From the IMG/VR virus record IMGVR_UViG_2541047960_000007, positions 1-18,836 of that record: DNA of 18,836 nt; one strand, given 5' to 3'. This document shows, piece after piece, positions 1 through 13,294 of the stretch. Within the stretch, counting starts at the first letter, position 1. Each line of letters opens with the position of its first letter. The translations under genes were made by a program, and so were the position numbers. This DNA is from a virus (taxonomy: Duplodnaviria > Heunggongvirae > Uroviricota > Caudoviricetes). The notes below the pieces were generated by a model, which saw only the letters and a list, made by a program, of their open reading frames with translations, did no database searches and was not told the origin of the DNA.

Positions 1-220
<220 letters not shown>

Positions 221-528
221 ACAGCCTCATCCCGCGTGGCGTGAAGTGCATCAGTATGCAGCGTCACCAGTGCCACAACCGTGACCAGATCAGCCGTATC
301 AGTCACGGTATCCGGCTGCGCTGATACAACCTCATTTTCATGTCCGGTCAGCACATTTTCCGGGCTGAGAGGGGTCTCCTGACCGGCAGTGTCGCCCGTG
401 TCATCAAGCTCTTCTTCCAGCTCTGCCACACGGAGCGCCAGTTCTTCTTTCGTCCCCGTCAGGCTGATATCACGGTTCAGTTGTTCACCCAGCGAGCGGA
501 GACGGGCAATCAGTTCATCTTTCGTCAT
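221..528 (-). pseudogene. FI: Lambda FI-type DNA-packaging protein, 3'-truncated by the IS insertion
   Basis: The ORF reads MTKDELIARLRSLGEQLNRD...LHTDALHATRDE and then continues into IS terminal sequence (AVVVVK, stop at 205-207). The likely true start is the ATG at 528, preceded by GGAGGAG. The N-terminal extension MALRGHCFSVEES in the ORF track is probably not translated. About 25-30 C-terminal codons are missing relative to lambda FI (132 aa, from recall). Confidence 0.75.
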
Positions 529-569
529 GGACTCCTCCACAGAGAAACAATGGCCCCGAAGGGCCATGA

Positions 570-1595
570 TTACGCCAGTTGTACAGACACGAACTCATCA
601 GGGTCAGCCAGCAGCATCAGCGGTGCTGACTGAATCATGGTGAACTCACGCGCCGGGTCGCCGGTGGTCACCCAGTTTTTCGGGTAACGGGCAGAGGCGT
701 TAATGCCTTCGCGCTGTGCGTCCGCATCCTGAATGCAACCATAGGTGCGCAGACCGCGTGCCTGAGTGTTCCCCAGCACCATCGTGTTGTCCGGCAGGAA
801 GTTCTTTTTGACGCCGTTTTCCACGTACTGTCCGGAATACACGACGATGGCCACATCGCCATACATTCCCTTATAAGACACCGCTTTGCCCAGGTCTTTT
901 ACCGCTGTCTCCAGCTCGGAATGAGAGCCGCGACGGGTATCCAGCTTCTCCCTGACGGCCTTGAAGGAACGGAACAGCGCCCAGCCTTTCGGATCAAACA
1001 CGATGATATTCACCACACCGCTGGCGTTCAGCGCGTAGGCTTCGATATCGTCGGTCGGGTCATACGTGGACTTGTCACGCTTGCTCCACTCCGTGCCGCC
1101 GGACTGCGTGATGTTATTCGCCGCACTGCGGCCCATATCCACCTCAACCGGATCGAAGGCTTCACCGGTCATGGTGTATTTGCCCTTAAGCACGGCAGAA
1201 ACTGCCTGCATCTCTTCGACCTGGGCAATCGCCAGATTTTCATCCAGCATATTCTGCCGAATAATACGGCGACGACGGTAAGCCGGGTCAGCCAGGTTCT
1301 GCGGATCTTCATCCGGCAGGCGACGCAGGGTCATCTGCGGATTCACCTCATGCTTGGGTTTGACATAACCCGGCGTAAATTCAGAGGTGGAGCCGCCACG
1401 GGATCGGATAACCTCACCGGAAACAATCGGCGAAACGTACAGCGCCATGTTTACCAGTCCCGGAATTTGTGAGAGATAGACTTTTTCCGTGGTGAAAGGA
1501 TAGGTTTCACGGAAAAACAGGCGCAGAAACAGCGGATCGAACTTAAAGTGATGCTGGGTCGATGCCAGTAATTCTGCAGTTGTATATACAGACAT
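570..1595 (-). CDS. E: Major capsid protein, lambda gpE type (341 aa)
   Basis: Full-length 341-aa translation, essentially collinear with lambda gpE as I recall it (MS.YTTA.LLA...FKFDPLFLRLFFRE...VSVQLA). Position after D and before FI matches lambda gene order. Confidence 0.95.
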   Translation of the reverse strand: MSVYTTAELLASTQHHFKFDPLFLRLFFRETYPFTTEKVYLSQIPGLVNMALYVSPIVSGEVIRSRGGSTSEFTPGYVKPKHEVNPQMTLRRLPDEDPQNLADPAYRRRRIIRQNMLDENLAIAQVEEMQAVSAVLKGKYTMTGEAFDPVEVDMGRSAANNITQSGGTEWSKRDKSTYDPTDDIEAYALNASGVVNIIVFDPKGWALFRSFKAVREKLDTRRGSHSELETAVKDLGKAVSYKGMYGDVAIVVYSGQYVENGVKKNFLPDNTMVLGNTQARGLRTYGCIQDADAQREGINASARYPKNWVTTGDPAREFTMIQSAPLMLLADPDEFVSVQLA

Positions 1596-1605
1596 AAATT
1601 ATTTC

Positions 1606-1632
1606 CATAAAAAAAGCCGCACAGGCGGCCTT
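1606..1632 (-). terminator. Intergenic hairpin plus T7 tract between D and E (intrinsic-terminator-like)
   Basis: Minus strand reads GCCGC-CTGT-GCGGC followed by TTTTTTT, directly upstream of the E start. The 55-nt D-E spacer matches lambda. Confidence 0.35.
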
Positions 1633-1650
1633 TAGTGATGAAGGGTAAAG

Positions 1651-1983
1651 TTAAACGATGCTGATTGCCGTTCCGGCAAACGCGGTCCGTTTTTTCGTCT
1701 CGTCGCTGGCAGCCTCCGGCCAGAGCACATCCTCATAACGGAACGTGCCGGACTTGTAGAACGTCAGCGTGGTGCTGGTCTGGTCAGCTGCAACAGCCAG
1801 AATGCCAACGGCAGCACCGTCGGTGGTGCCATCCCACGCAACCAGCTTACGGGTGGCGGTATCCGGCATCAGCGGAGTCATTGCAGGCGCTTTCGCACTC
1901 AATCCGCCGGGCGCGGTTGCGGTATGAGCCGGATCACTGTTGCCCAGCGGCTGGTAATGGGTAAAGGTTTCTTTGCTCGTCAT
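1651..1983 (-). CDS. D: Head decoration protein, lambda gpD type (110 aa)
   Basis: Translation [38 protein letters not shown]...AISIV. Start taken at the ATG at 1983 (third Met of the track ORF), giving 110 aa. Confidence 0.93.
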   Translation of the reverse strand: MTSKETFTHYQPLGNSDPAHTATAPGGLSAKAPAMTPLMPDTATRKLVAWDGTTDGAAVGILAVAADQTSTTLTFYKSGTFRYEDVLWPEAASDETKKRTAFAGTAISIV

Positions 1984-1992
1984 AAACATCCC

Positions 1993-2598
1993 TTACACTG
2001 GTGTGTTCAGCAAATCGTTAACGGCATCAGATGCCGGGTTACCTGCAGCCAGTGGTGCCGGTGCACCCTGCATCAGACGATCCAGCGCAGTGTCACTGCG
2101 CGCCTGTGCACTCTGTGGTGCTGCGGCCAGAATGCGGCGGGCCGTTTCCACGGTCATTCCGGGGGTTTCTGCCAGAACGCGCGCCTGTTCTTCGCGTCCG
2201 TGAGCCTCCTCACAGTTGAGGATCCCCATAATGCGGCTGTTTTCTGCCGCAACCGCTGCGGTGATCTGCGCGTTCACGTCCGGCTGCGCCGCGCTGGCGT
2301 TTTCGCCCTCCGTCGCTTGCACCACGTCAGTAACGTCAGCCTGCGAAGCGGTGGCTGAAACAGTTGTTGATTGAGTCTCTTTGGTCATTCGCCCTCCTGA
2401 GAGACGGGATTTACGTGCATCCAGTGCATCACGCATGACGGTGATCGCATCGGTGCTGTTAACAAGTTCATCAGCCAGTCCGGCATCAATGGCCTCCTGA
2501 CCGCTGTACACTGCAGCCTCGGTATCCAGCACAGCCTGCACGGACAGGCCGGTATATGCCGACACCTTCTGCGCAAACATCTGGCGGGTTGCATCCAT
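1993..2598 (-). CDS. Nu3: Scaffolding protein Nu3, nested in-frame in the 3' part of C
   Basis: An in-frame internal ATG at 2596-2598 (MDATRQMFAQK...) shares the C stop codon, as in the lambda C/Nu3 arrangement. The exact start was not verified. Confidence 0.55.
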   Translation of the reverse strand: MDATRQMFAQKVSAYTGLSVQAVLDTEAAVYSGQEAIDAGLADELVNSTDAITVMRDALDARKSRLSGGRMTKETQSTTVSATASQADVTDVVQATEGENASAAQPDVNAQITAAVAAENSRIMGILNCEEAHGREEQARVLAETPGMTVETARRILAAAPQSAQARSDTALDRLMQGAPAPLAAGNPASDAVNDLLNTPV

Positions 2599-3292
2599 CC
2601 GGGACTGCAGTGTCTCCCGGACGTCATCCGGAAGATGGCTGTAGGGGTTGCCATCCACCTTATGGCTGCCGCTGTAAATCAGCGTGATTTCCACGCCCTG
2701 TTTCTCCAGCGCAGCACCGTAATTACTGTGAGCCATCATGACGCCGATGGAGCCTGTCCGGGCGGTCTGCGTGACCAGACGCCGGGAGGCGGCGCTGGCA
2801 AGCAGCTGACCTGCACTGCAGTTCATGTCGTTGGCCAGCGCCCATACAGGTTTTATGTCACGCACACGGGCGATGATGTCAGCGCAGTCAAATGCCCCTG
2901 CCACCATTCCACCGGGCGTGTCCATATCGAGCAGAATGCCGTCCACCATCGGGTCACTGGCAGCCTGTTGCAGACGGGCGATAATGCCGTTGTAACCGGT
3001 CATCCCCGAATAAGGCTGCAGCGCCCGCGTCCGGCTGACCAGCGTACCGGACACCGGCAGCACGGCGATGCCGTTCATGACCTGATAACTGCGGGCCTGT
3101 CGTGGTCCGTCACCATCACCGGCTAACGCCAGCGTCGCGGGTGCCTCCTGGGCAGTCAGGCTGTCGCCGGACACCGCATCCGTCAGGCGGCTGATCCCTA
3201 GCTGGCCTGCAAGCGCACAAAAGAAAACCCGCGCATAGGCGGGTTCAAGCATCAGCGGCTCATTAAAGGCCATGCTGGCAATATGCGGGAGA

Positions 3293-3312
<20 letters not shown>
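1993..3312 (-). CDS. C: Capsid assembly protease / minor capsid protein C (439 aa, GTG start)
   Basis: Track ORF 1993..3447 has a 45-codon upstream extension. The lambda-C-like sequence begins at (V)TAELRNLPHIASMAFNEPLML, corresponding to a GTG at 3310-3312 and giving 439 aa. It overlaps the end of B by about 20 nt, as in lambda. Confidence 0.9.
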
Positions 3313-6993
<3,681 letters not shown>

Positions 6994-7019
<26 letters not shown>

Positions 7020-7539
7020 TCAGCAACCCCGGTATCAGTTCATCCAGCGCGGCTGCTTTGTTCATGGCTTTGATGATATCCCGTTTCAGGAAATCAACAT
7101 GTCGGTTTTCCAGTTCCGGAAAACGCCGCTGCACCGACAGGGGGATCCCGTCGAGAATACTGGCAATTTCACCTGCGATCCGCGACAGCACGAAAGTACA
7201 GAATGCGGTTTCCACCACTTCAGCGGAGTCTCTGGCATTTTTCAGCTCCTGTGCGTCGGCCTGCGCACGCGTAAGTCGATGGCGTTCGTACTCAATAGTC
7301 CCTGGCTGGAGATCTGTCTCGCTGGCCTGCCGCAGTTCTTCAACTTCCCGGCGCAGCTTTTCGTTCTCAATTTCAGCATCCCTTTCGGCATACCATTTTA
7401 TGACGGCGGCAGAGTCATAAAGCACCTCATTACCCTTGCCACCGCCTCGCAGAACGGGCATTCCCTGTTCCTGCCAGTTCTGAATGGTACGGATACTCGC
7501 ACCGAAAATGTCAGCCAGCTGCTTTTTGTTGACTTCCAT
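6994..7539 (-). CDS. Nu1: Terminase small subunit, lambda Nu1 type (181 aa)
   Basis: 181-aa translation MEVNKKQLADIFGASIRTIQNWQEQGMPVLRGGGKGNEVLYDSAAVIKWYAERDAEIENEKLRREVEELRQ... with an N-terminal winged-HTH. Lies immediately next to cos. Confidence 0.93.
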
Positions 7540-7544
7540 TGTTC

Positions 7545-7765
7545 ATTCCACGGCCAAAAACAGAAAAAGGAAACGACAGAGGCCAAAAAGCTCGCTTTCA
7601 GCACCTGTCGTTTCCTTTCTTTTCAGGGGGTATTTTAAATAAAAACATTAAGTTACGACGAAGAAGAACGGAAACGCCTTAAACCGGAAAATTTTCATAA
7701 ATAGCGAAAACCCGCGAGGTCACCGCCCCGTAACCTGTCGGATCACCGGAAAGGACCCGTAAAGT
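7545..7765. other. cos region (cosB with Nu1/IHF binding sites, cosN, cosQ side), lambda-type
   Basis: The reverse complement of 7541-7728 is near-identical to the lambda left end as recalled (GGGCGG.GACCTCGCGGGTTTTCGCTATTTATGAAAATTTTCCGGTTTAAGGCGTTTCCGTTCTTCTTCGTC...). Sequence to the right of 7728 matches the lambda right end (CGTAACCTGTCGGATCACCGGAAAGGACCCGTAAAGTGATAATGATTATCATC). Confidence 0.8.
7717..7728. other. cosN 12-nt cohesive-end sequence (variant)
   Basis: Plus strand AGGTCACCGCCC is the reverse complement of GGGCGGTGACCT. The canonical lambda cohesive end is GGGCGGCGACCT, so there is one difference at overhang position 7. Confidence 0.8.
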
Positions 7766-7927
7766 GATAATGATTATCATCTACATATCACAACGTGCGT
7801 GGAGGCCATCAAACCACGTCAAATAATCAATTATGACGCAGGTATCGTATTAATTGATCTGCATCAACTTAACGTAAAAACAACTTCAGACAATACAAAT
7901 CAGCGACACTGAATACGGGGCAACCTC

Positions 7928-8161
7928 ATGTCAACGAAGAACAGAACCCGCAGAACAACAACCCGCAACATCCGCTTTCCTAACCAAATGATTGAACAAA
8001 TTAACATCGCTCTTGAGCAAAAAGGGTCCGGGAATTTCTCAGCCTGGGTCATTGAAGCCTGCCGCCGGAGACTGTGCTCAGAAAAAAGAGTTTCTTCTGA
8101 AGCAAACAAAGAAAAGAGTGACATTACTGAATTGCTCAGAAAACAGGTCAGACCAGATTGA
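7928..8161 (+). CDS. ynfO: Small ribbon-helix-helix-like DNA-binding protein (YnfO-like, 77 aa)
   Basis: 77-aa ORF. The segment RNIRFPNQMIEQINIALEQKGSGNFSAWVIEACRRRL fits a beta-strand/helix/helix (Arc/MetJ-like) pattern. Its position just distal to cos matches a small ORF at the lambda right end and ynfO in Qin (from recall). Confidence 0.6.
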   Translation: MSTKNRTRRTTTRNIRFPNQMIEQINIALEQKGSGNFSAWVIEACRRRLCSEKRVSSEANKEKSDITELLRKQVRPD

Positions 8162-8203
8162 AGCAATTTAGATAATCGTGCAGACTACGCCCCCTCATAT
8201 CAC

Positions 8204-8629
8204 ATGGAAGGTTTATCTATGGATCAGGTAGTCATTTTTAAACAAATATTTGATAAAGTTCAAAACGATTTAAACTATCAATGGTTTTATTCTGAGCTAA
8301 AACGTCACAATGTCTCACATTACATTTACTATTTAGCCACAGAGAATGTTCATATTGTATTAAAAAATGATAATACAGTGTTATTAAAGGGCCTAAAAAA
8401 CATTGTGTCTGTCAAATTTTCAAAGGATAGGCATCTTATAGAAACGACCTCTAATAAGCTGAAATCCAGAGAGATCACATTTCAGGAATACAGAAGAAAC
8501 CTTGCTAAAGCAGGAGTTTTTCGGTGGGTTACAAATATCCACGAACAAAAAAGATATTACTATACCTTTGATAATTCATTACTATTTACTGAAAGCATCC
8601 AGAAAACTACACAGATCTTACCACTCTAA
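8204..8629 (+). CDS. ydfO: DUF1398 family protein (YdfO-like)
   Basis: 141-aa ORF; the start may instead be the second ATG at 8219 ([11 protein letters not shown]...). Lambdoid moron of unknown function; synteny with Qin ydfO. Confidence 0.75.
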   Translation: MEGLSMDQVVIFKQIFDKVQNDLNYQWFYSELKRHNVSHYIYYLATENVHIVLKNDNTVLLKGLKNIVSVKFSKDRHLIETTSNKLKSREITFQEYRRNLAKAGVFRWVTNIHEQKRYYYTFDNSLLFTESIQKTTQILPL

Positions 8630-8729
8630 ACCATAACGTCCGGCTTCTCTCACTCCTGAGCCGGACTGCATTGGTTTAATAAAAACCATCAACAATTGTG
8701 ATTTAGATATTCGGAACCATTCAAATATA

Positions 8730-8756
8730 ACAAAACCCCGTAAAAACGAGGTTTAT
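8730..8756. terminator. Putative bidirectional intrinsic terminator between convergent ydfO and gnsB
   Basis: AAAACCCCG-TAAAAA-CGAGGTTT hairpin with T/A-rich flanks on both strands. Confidence 0.4.
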
Positions 8757-8780
8757 GGATAAATTTTATTATTGAATACA

Positions 8781-8954
8781 TCAGATTAAATTAATCTTGA
8801 CATCATAGCTTTCAAGACCCGTCATTTTTTCCCGTGCGGTAAACTGAATACTGGTAACTTCTTTCCCGGTCTTTTTCTTAAGTTCAATAATTTTTTTTGT
8901 TATATATTCAGAAATATCTGCTTCTGCTTTTGTTTTTAAGTTTTCAATATTCAT
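8781..8954 (-). CDS. gnsB: GnsB-like small protein (57 aa); absent from the ORF track because it is under 60 aa
   Basis: Manual translation of the minus strand gives MNIENLKTKAEADISEYITKKIIELKKKTGKEVTSIQFTAREKMTGLESYDVKINLI. An AAGAGGA Shine-Dalgarno lies upstream and a TATAAT -10 element about 60 nt upstream. Confidence 0.8.
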   Translation of the reverse strand: MNIENLKTKAEADISEYITKKIIELKKKTGKEVTSIQFTAREKMTGLESYDVKINLI

Positions 8955-9125
8955 CATTTCCTCTTTTAGTCTGTTATGACTTTCCAGTTACACAGTAAGT
9001 CGATTATATGGTGCAAACGTGTAAAAGATAAGATGAAACATCGCAATAATCAACATACGATAGTCTAAATTTTACACAAACAGACAAAGAGAATTTTCCT
9101 GAATTATCAATGCAATAGCATCAAA

Positions 9126-9356
9126 TCAACTCAAGAGCCTTATTGCTGCTTCCAGAATTTCTTCTGAAGTAACATGTCGATCCGCGGCTACATAAATGAC
9201 TTTATGATCTCCGGTCAGAGATGGAAACCCTGCGGCCATTACAGTAAGGTGTGTTTTTTCGCCATTTGGATATTCACGCATGATGGTGTTAACTCCAGTC
9301 ATCGCTGGCACTACCACTGCTGGTTCAGAGTTAAAAAAAACTATGATTTTTTTCAT
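9126..9356 (-). CDS. ynfN: YnfN-like small protein (76 aa from internal ATG)
   Basis: Track ORF 9126..9398. Start placed at MKKIIVFFNSEP (ATG 9354-9356) because a strong terminator sits at 9400-9422 immediately upstream. Synteny with Qin ynfN. Confidence 0.55.
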   Translation of the reverse strand: MKKIIVFFNSEPAVVVPAMTGVNTIMREYPNGEKTHLTVMAAGFPSLTGDHKVIYVAADRHVTSEEILEAAIRLLS

Positions 9357-9399
9357 GATGTTACCGTAGTATGTGAGTATCCATCGAATAGACACCAAG

Positions 9400-9438
9400 C
9401 AAAAAAGCTCCCGAAGGAGCCTTCATTTTCACTTTTTT
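9400..9438. terminator. Intrinsic terminator downstream of cspI (minus strand), likely bidirectional
   Basis: Minus strand reads GCTCC-TTCG-GGAGC followed by TTTTTT. On the plus strand the same hairpin is followed by a T-rich stretch. Confidence 0.55.
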
Positions 9439-9627
9439 AAATCCAACGACAGACGGCTGGCATTTAAGTATTGTGAAATATTATCAAATGTAATCATCAT
9501 TGATTTACAAAAGATACATTTTGCCCCGAAAGGATTCATGTCAGAAACATCAAAAGATGATGTTCTATACTGGGAACCATGACAACACGGGCATCTAAAG
9601 TGAATATGGTTTGTAATATTGTCTACC

Positions 9628-9840
9628 TCAAAGCGCCACTACATGAACAGCGGCAGGACCTTTAGGTCCGTTCTCAATACCAAATTCAACTTCCTGATTC
9701 TCAGTTAATGTTTTGAAATCGTTGCTCTGAATTGCTGAGAAATGGACAAACACATCTTTGCTGCCATCTTTCGGCGTGATGAAACCAAAACCTTTTTCAG
9801 GGTTAAACCATTTCACTAAACCAGTCATTTTGTTAGACAT
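9628..9840 (-). CDS. cspI: Cold-shock protein, CspA family (CspI-like, 70 aa)
   Basis: [70 protein letters not shown] carries the RNP1/RNP2 motifs (KGFGFI, VFVHF). Confidence 0.9.
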   Translation of the reverse strand: MSNKMTGLVKWFNPEKGFGFITPKDGSKDVFVHFSAIQSNDFKTLTENQEVEFGIENGPKGPAAVHVVAL

Positions 9841-10010
9841 AATTATTACCTTTTGAAGAAATTAGCCCTTGGGCAGAATGGTCCGAAAAAAAATATCAGA
9901 GAGAAAAACCAACAAGGAAATCTCAAGAGGTACAAATAATAAAATTATAACAATGACTGCTTCAGATAAATTTGTAACAAACCAGAACACCATTAACGCA
10001 TGATTAACCA
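9841..10010 (-). promoter_or_regulatory. cspI promoter and long 5' UTR with cold-box-like element
   Basis: About 160-nt AT-rich leader, as is typical of cspA-family genes. The 11-mer ATGCGTTAATG (mRNA sense; plus strand 9991-10001) is shared with the cspB leader. Confidence 0.4.
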
Positions 10011-10202
10011 CCCATAGCAAGGATTACTTTTGTAAAGAAAAACACAGCAATGAAAGAATAGCTTTATTTATTAATAAAACGTGTCATTCTGATTAAGACC
10101 TTTTATCTTACCCTTAAGATTTCAGGAATTTTGGCTCATGGAAGAGTCCTTTTTATTTAAATTTTACATTCCGCGATGTAAATGTTCCGATTTAATATTA
10201 CC

Positions 10203-11226
<1,024 letters not shown>

Positions 11227-11230
<4 letters not shown>

Positions 11231-11538
11231 AGATATTTATGATGAGGACGCTCGTGCTTATTGGCAGGATTTTCAATCTTAAAGGAGTACTGATGCTGCA
11301 GATAAGACTCAACTTTTTCTGACAATTTTTCTGCTACTTCCAGGAAGACTTGCCGGACGCTCCTTCTGGCTGCTGCCTCATAAAACTCCAGCGCGGCACC
11401 TTCAACACGGTCCAGCGAGATGTCCAGGTCAAAAATTTCACCGTCAAAGCGTTCTTTGTCCTGTAAGGCTACAGTTACCGTAACTTTATTCTCAAAATTA
11501 CGGACTCCTTTCACAACCAGTTCATAGTCTTGAGTCAT
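11227..11538 (-). CDS. ydfR: DUF1327 family protein (YdfR-like) inside the lysis cassette
   Basis: 103-aa acidic protein. ATGA overlap with the endolysin start and 5 nt downstream of the holin stop. Function unknown. Confidence 0.7.
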
Positions 11539-11542
11539 TGGA

Positions 11543-11758
11543 TTACTCTCCTCTCGCAGCCTTACGCCTGTCTTCTTTAATCTTGAAATAAAGATTTGTC
11601 AGATACGTCAGCAGGCCAAAAACCAGGCTACCCAGCACACCGATTGCAGCCCACTGTGACGGAGTTACTTTATCGAGTAACTGCAATGCCCAGAAACCAG
11701 CATTACCCGCCGATGTGCCATAGGCAACACCTGTTGTTAACTTATCCATTGATTTCAT
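11543..11758 (-). CDS. essQ: Pinholin (phage 21 S-like class II holin, 71 aa) with dual start
   Basis: [71 protein letters not shown] has two TMDs (Gly/Ala-rich TMD1) and a basic C-terminus. The Met1-Lys-Ser-Met4 dual-start motif is present. The 25-codon upstream extension in the track ORF is probably untranslated. Confidence 0.85.
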   Translation of the reverse strand: MKSMDKLTTGVAYGTSAGNAGFWALQLLDKVTPSQWAAIGVLGSLVFGLLTYLTNLYFKIKEDRRKAARGE

Positions 11759-11977
11759 ATCCTCACCCCGATGTACACGGATGGTGCAATATGTTTGAAA
11801 AGATCGGAGTCTACGGGGTAGTTTTGACAGCACACGTTGTTCTCAACGGCGCTAAAAAAACATACACATTAAAAATGTGGGTAATTATTTTGAAAGAAAG
11901 TCATATATAAAATAATAATACGAGAAATGTTTTCATATTTAGTGTACTGTATACGGCCATTTATACAGGAAAAGCCT

Positions 11978-12148
11978 ATGTCAGAACGTAAAAACTCAAA
12001 ATCACGCCGTAATTATCTCGTTAAATGTTCCTGCCCAAACTGCACCCAAGAGTCAGAACACAGTTTTTCAAGAGTACAAAAAGGTGCCCTTTTGATCTGC
12101 CCTCATTGCAACAAAGTATTCCAGACAAATCTTAAAGCTGTAGCCTGA
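11978..12148 (+). CDS. Small zinc-ribbon protein (56 aa), possibly YnfU-like
   Basis: MSERKNSKSRRNYLVKCSCPNCTQESEHSFSRVQKGALLICPHCNKVFQTNLKAVA carries CxxC...CPHC. AGGAAAAG Shine-Dalgarno 7 nt upstream of the ATG at 11978. The track ORF start at 11927 lacks an RBS. Confidence 0.6.
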   Translation: MSERKNSKSRRNYLVKCSCPNCTQESEHSFSRVQKGALLICPHCNKVFQTNLKAVA

Positions 12149-12203
12149 TTGATTTTATTAGTAACAAGTATTTTTTATATTTTAATAATATATTTAAAGC
12201 AGA

Positions 12204-12232
12204 TAATAAAAAACCCGCCTGAGCGGGTTTGA
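12204..12232. terminator. Intrinsic terminator (strong on minus strand, weaker on plus)
   Basis: AAAAAA-CCCGC-CTGA-GCGGG-TTT. On the minus strand the hairpin is followed by a run of seven T. Confidence 0.6.
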
Positions 12233-12511
12233 GATTGTGGTGCTTTTTGTGGGAGTCATCCACTTACGCACTTTGTTTTGCCATGCCAGCAGTTAGCTTC
12301 TGCTGTAAAACTATTCATGCAGCAAACCTGCACTTCACCACAATGGTTAGCATACTTTTCCTGATTAAGATTTTGCCAAATATGCTAGCCATTGTTTCAT
12401 GTATTGGACCTCCTTACTTTTTATTAAAGAGATCCAATATTCACTACTCTGTCCGTATCTCTACTCAGGCATCAGCCTTCTTCGTTATCGTATACAGACG
12501 AGCGATGAATT

Positions 12512-12727
12512 TTAATCAGTAATGATGACATTTGCTGCTGCAGGACCTTTAGCACCACTCTCTATAGAGAAGGTAACCTTTTGACCTTCAAATAAGGTTC
12601 GATAATTATCATTCTGAATCGCAGAAAAATGCACAAACACATCTTTACTACCATCAACAGGAGAAATAAAGCCGAAACCTTTATCAGCGTTAAACCATTT
12701 TACTAAACCAGTCATTTTATTTGACAT
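12512..12727 (-). CDS. cspB: Cold-shock protein, CspA family (CspB-like, 71 aa)
   Basis: [71 protein letters not shown]. Confidence 0.9.
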   Translation of the reverse strand: MSNKMTGLVKWFNADKGFGFISPVDGSKDVFVHFSAIQNDNYRTLFEGQKVTFSIESGAKGPAAANVIITD

Positions 12728-12905
12728 TCTACATTCCTTAACTTGAGCCTTTCGGCATAAATGGTTTGCATAACAGAAACGACTTCGTACTTAATTGGAG
12801 AGACTCAAAGAAGGAATAAGTGAATAACACCTGAAATGAGAACTGCTTTAGTAAACTACTTCGTATATCGTCTGTTCTTCAAACCGACGCAATCATTAAC
12901 GCATA
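12728..12905 (-). promoter_or_regulatory. cspB promoter and long 5' UTR with cold-box-like element; divergent with the cspF leader
   Basis: Leader of about 170 nt. The same ATGCGTTAATG 11-mer (plus strand 12894-12904) sits at a similar distance from the start codon as in cspI. Confidence 0.4.
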
Positions 12906-13027
12906 GTTGAACATATGAAGCAATGTTTATTTTAGACATCCAGCCATCTTCAACCCCATCAAAAAACTATAGCTTTCTTCAGGAACGTGTGTATAGTGCG
13001 CCAAGTTATCAGTATTAAGGAATTTTT

Positions 13028-13240
13028 TTGTCCCGTAAAATGACAGGAATTGTCAAAACCTTTGACGGCAAAAGCGGCAAGGGTCTTATCACCCCATCCG
13101 ATGGTCGTATCGATGTCCAGCTTCATGTTTCAGCGCTCAATCTCCGCGATGCAGAAGAAATTACCACCGGATTACGCGTGGAATTTTGCCGGATAAATGG
13201 TCTGCGTGGCCCTTCAGCTGCCAATGTTTACCTTTCATGA
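13028..13240 (+). CDS. cspF: Cold-shock-like protein (CspF/CspH subfamily, 70 aa), apparent TTG start
   Basis: (M)[74 protein letters not shown] lies 7 nt upstream of the TTG at 13028. The first ATG is 4 codons downstream. Confidence 0.85.
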
Positions 13241-13294
13241 GCTATATTAAAGCTTTAATTTCAGGCCCCATCGGATCACACATGGAGAGTTTTT

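Noticed and set aside
9373-9582. 69-aa plus-strand ORF between ynfN and cspI (its last 14 codons, MSETSKDDVLYWEP, have an AAAGGA RBS)
   Set aside because: The long version starts inside the ynfN start region and spans a strong terminator. The 14-codon version is possible but has no supporting features beyond the RBS, so I could not separate it from chance.
12229-12522. 97-aa plus-strand ORF in the cspB 3' region
   Set aside because: It has a non-ATG start directly in the terminator hairpin and no RBS. Composition is hydrophobic and low-complexity. The region is better explained as a cspB 3' UTR with the small minus-strand sORF.
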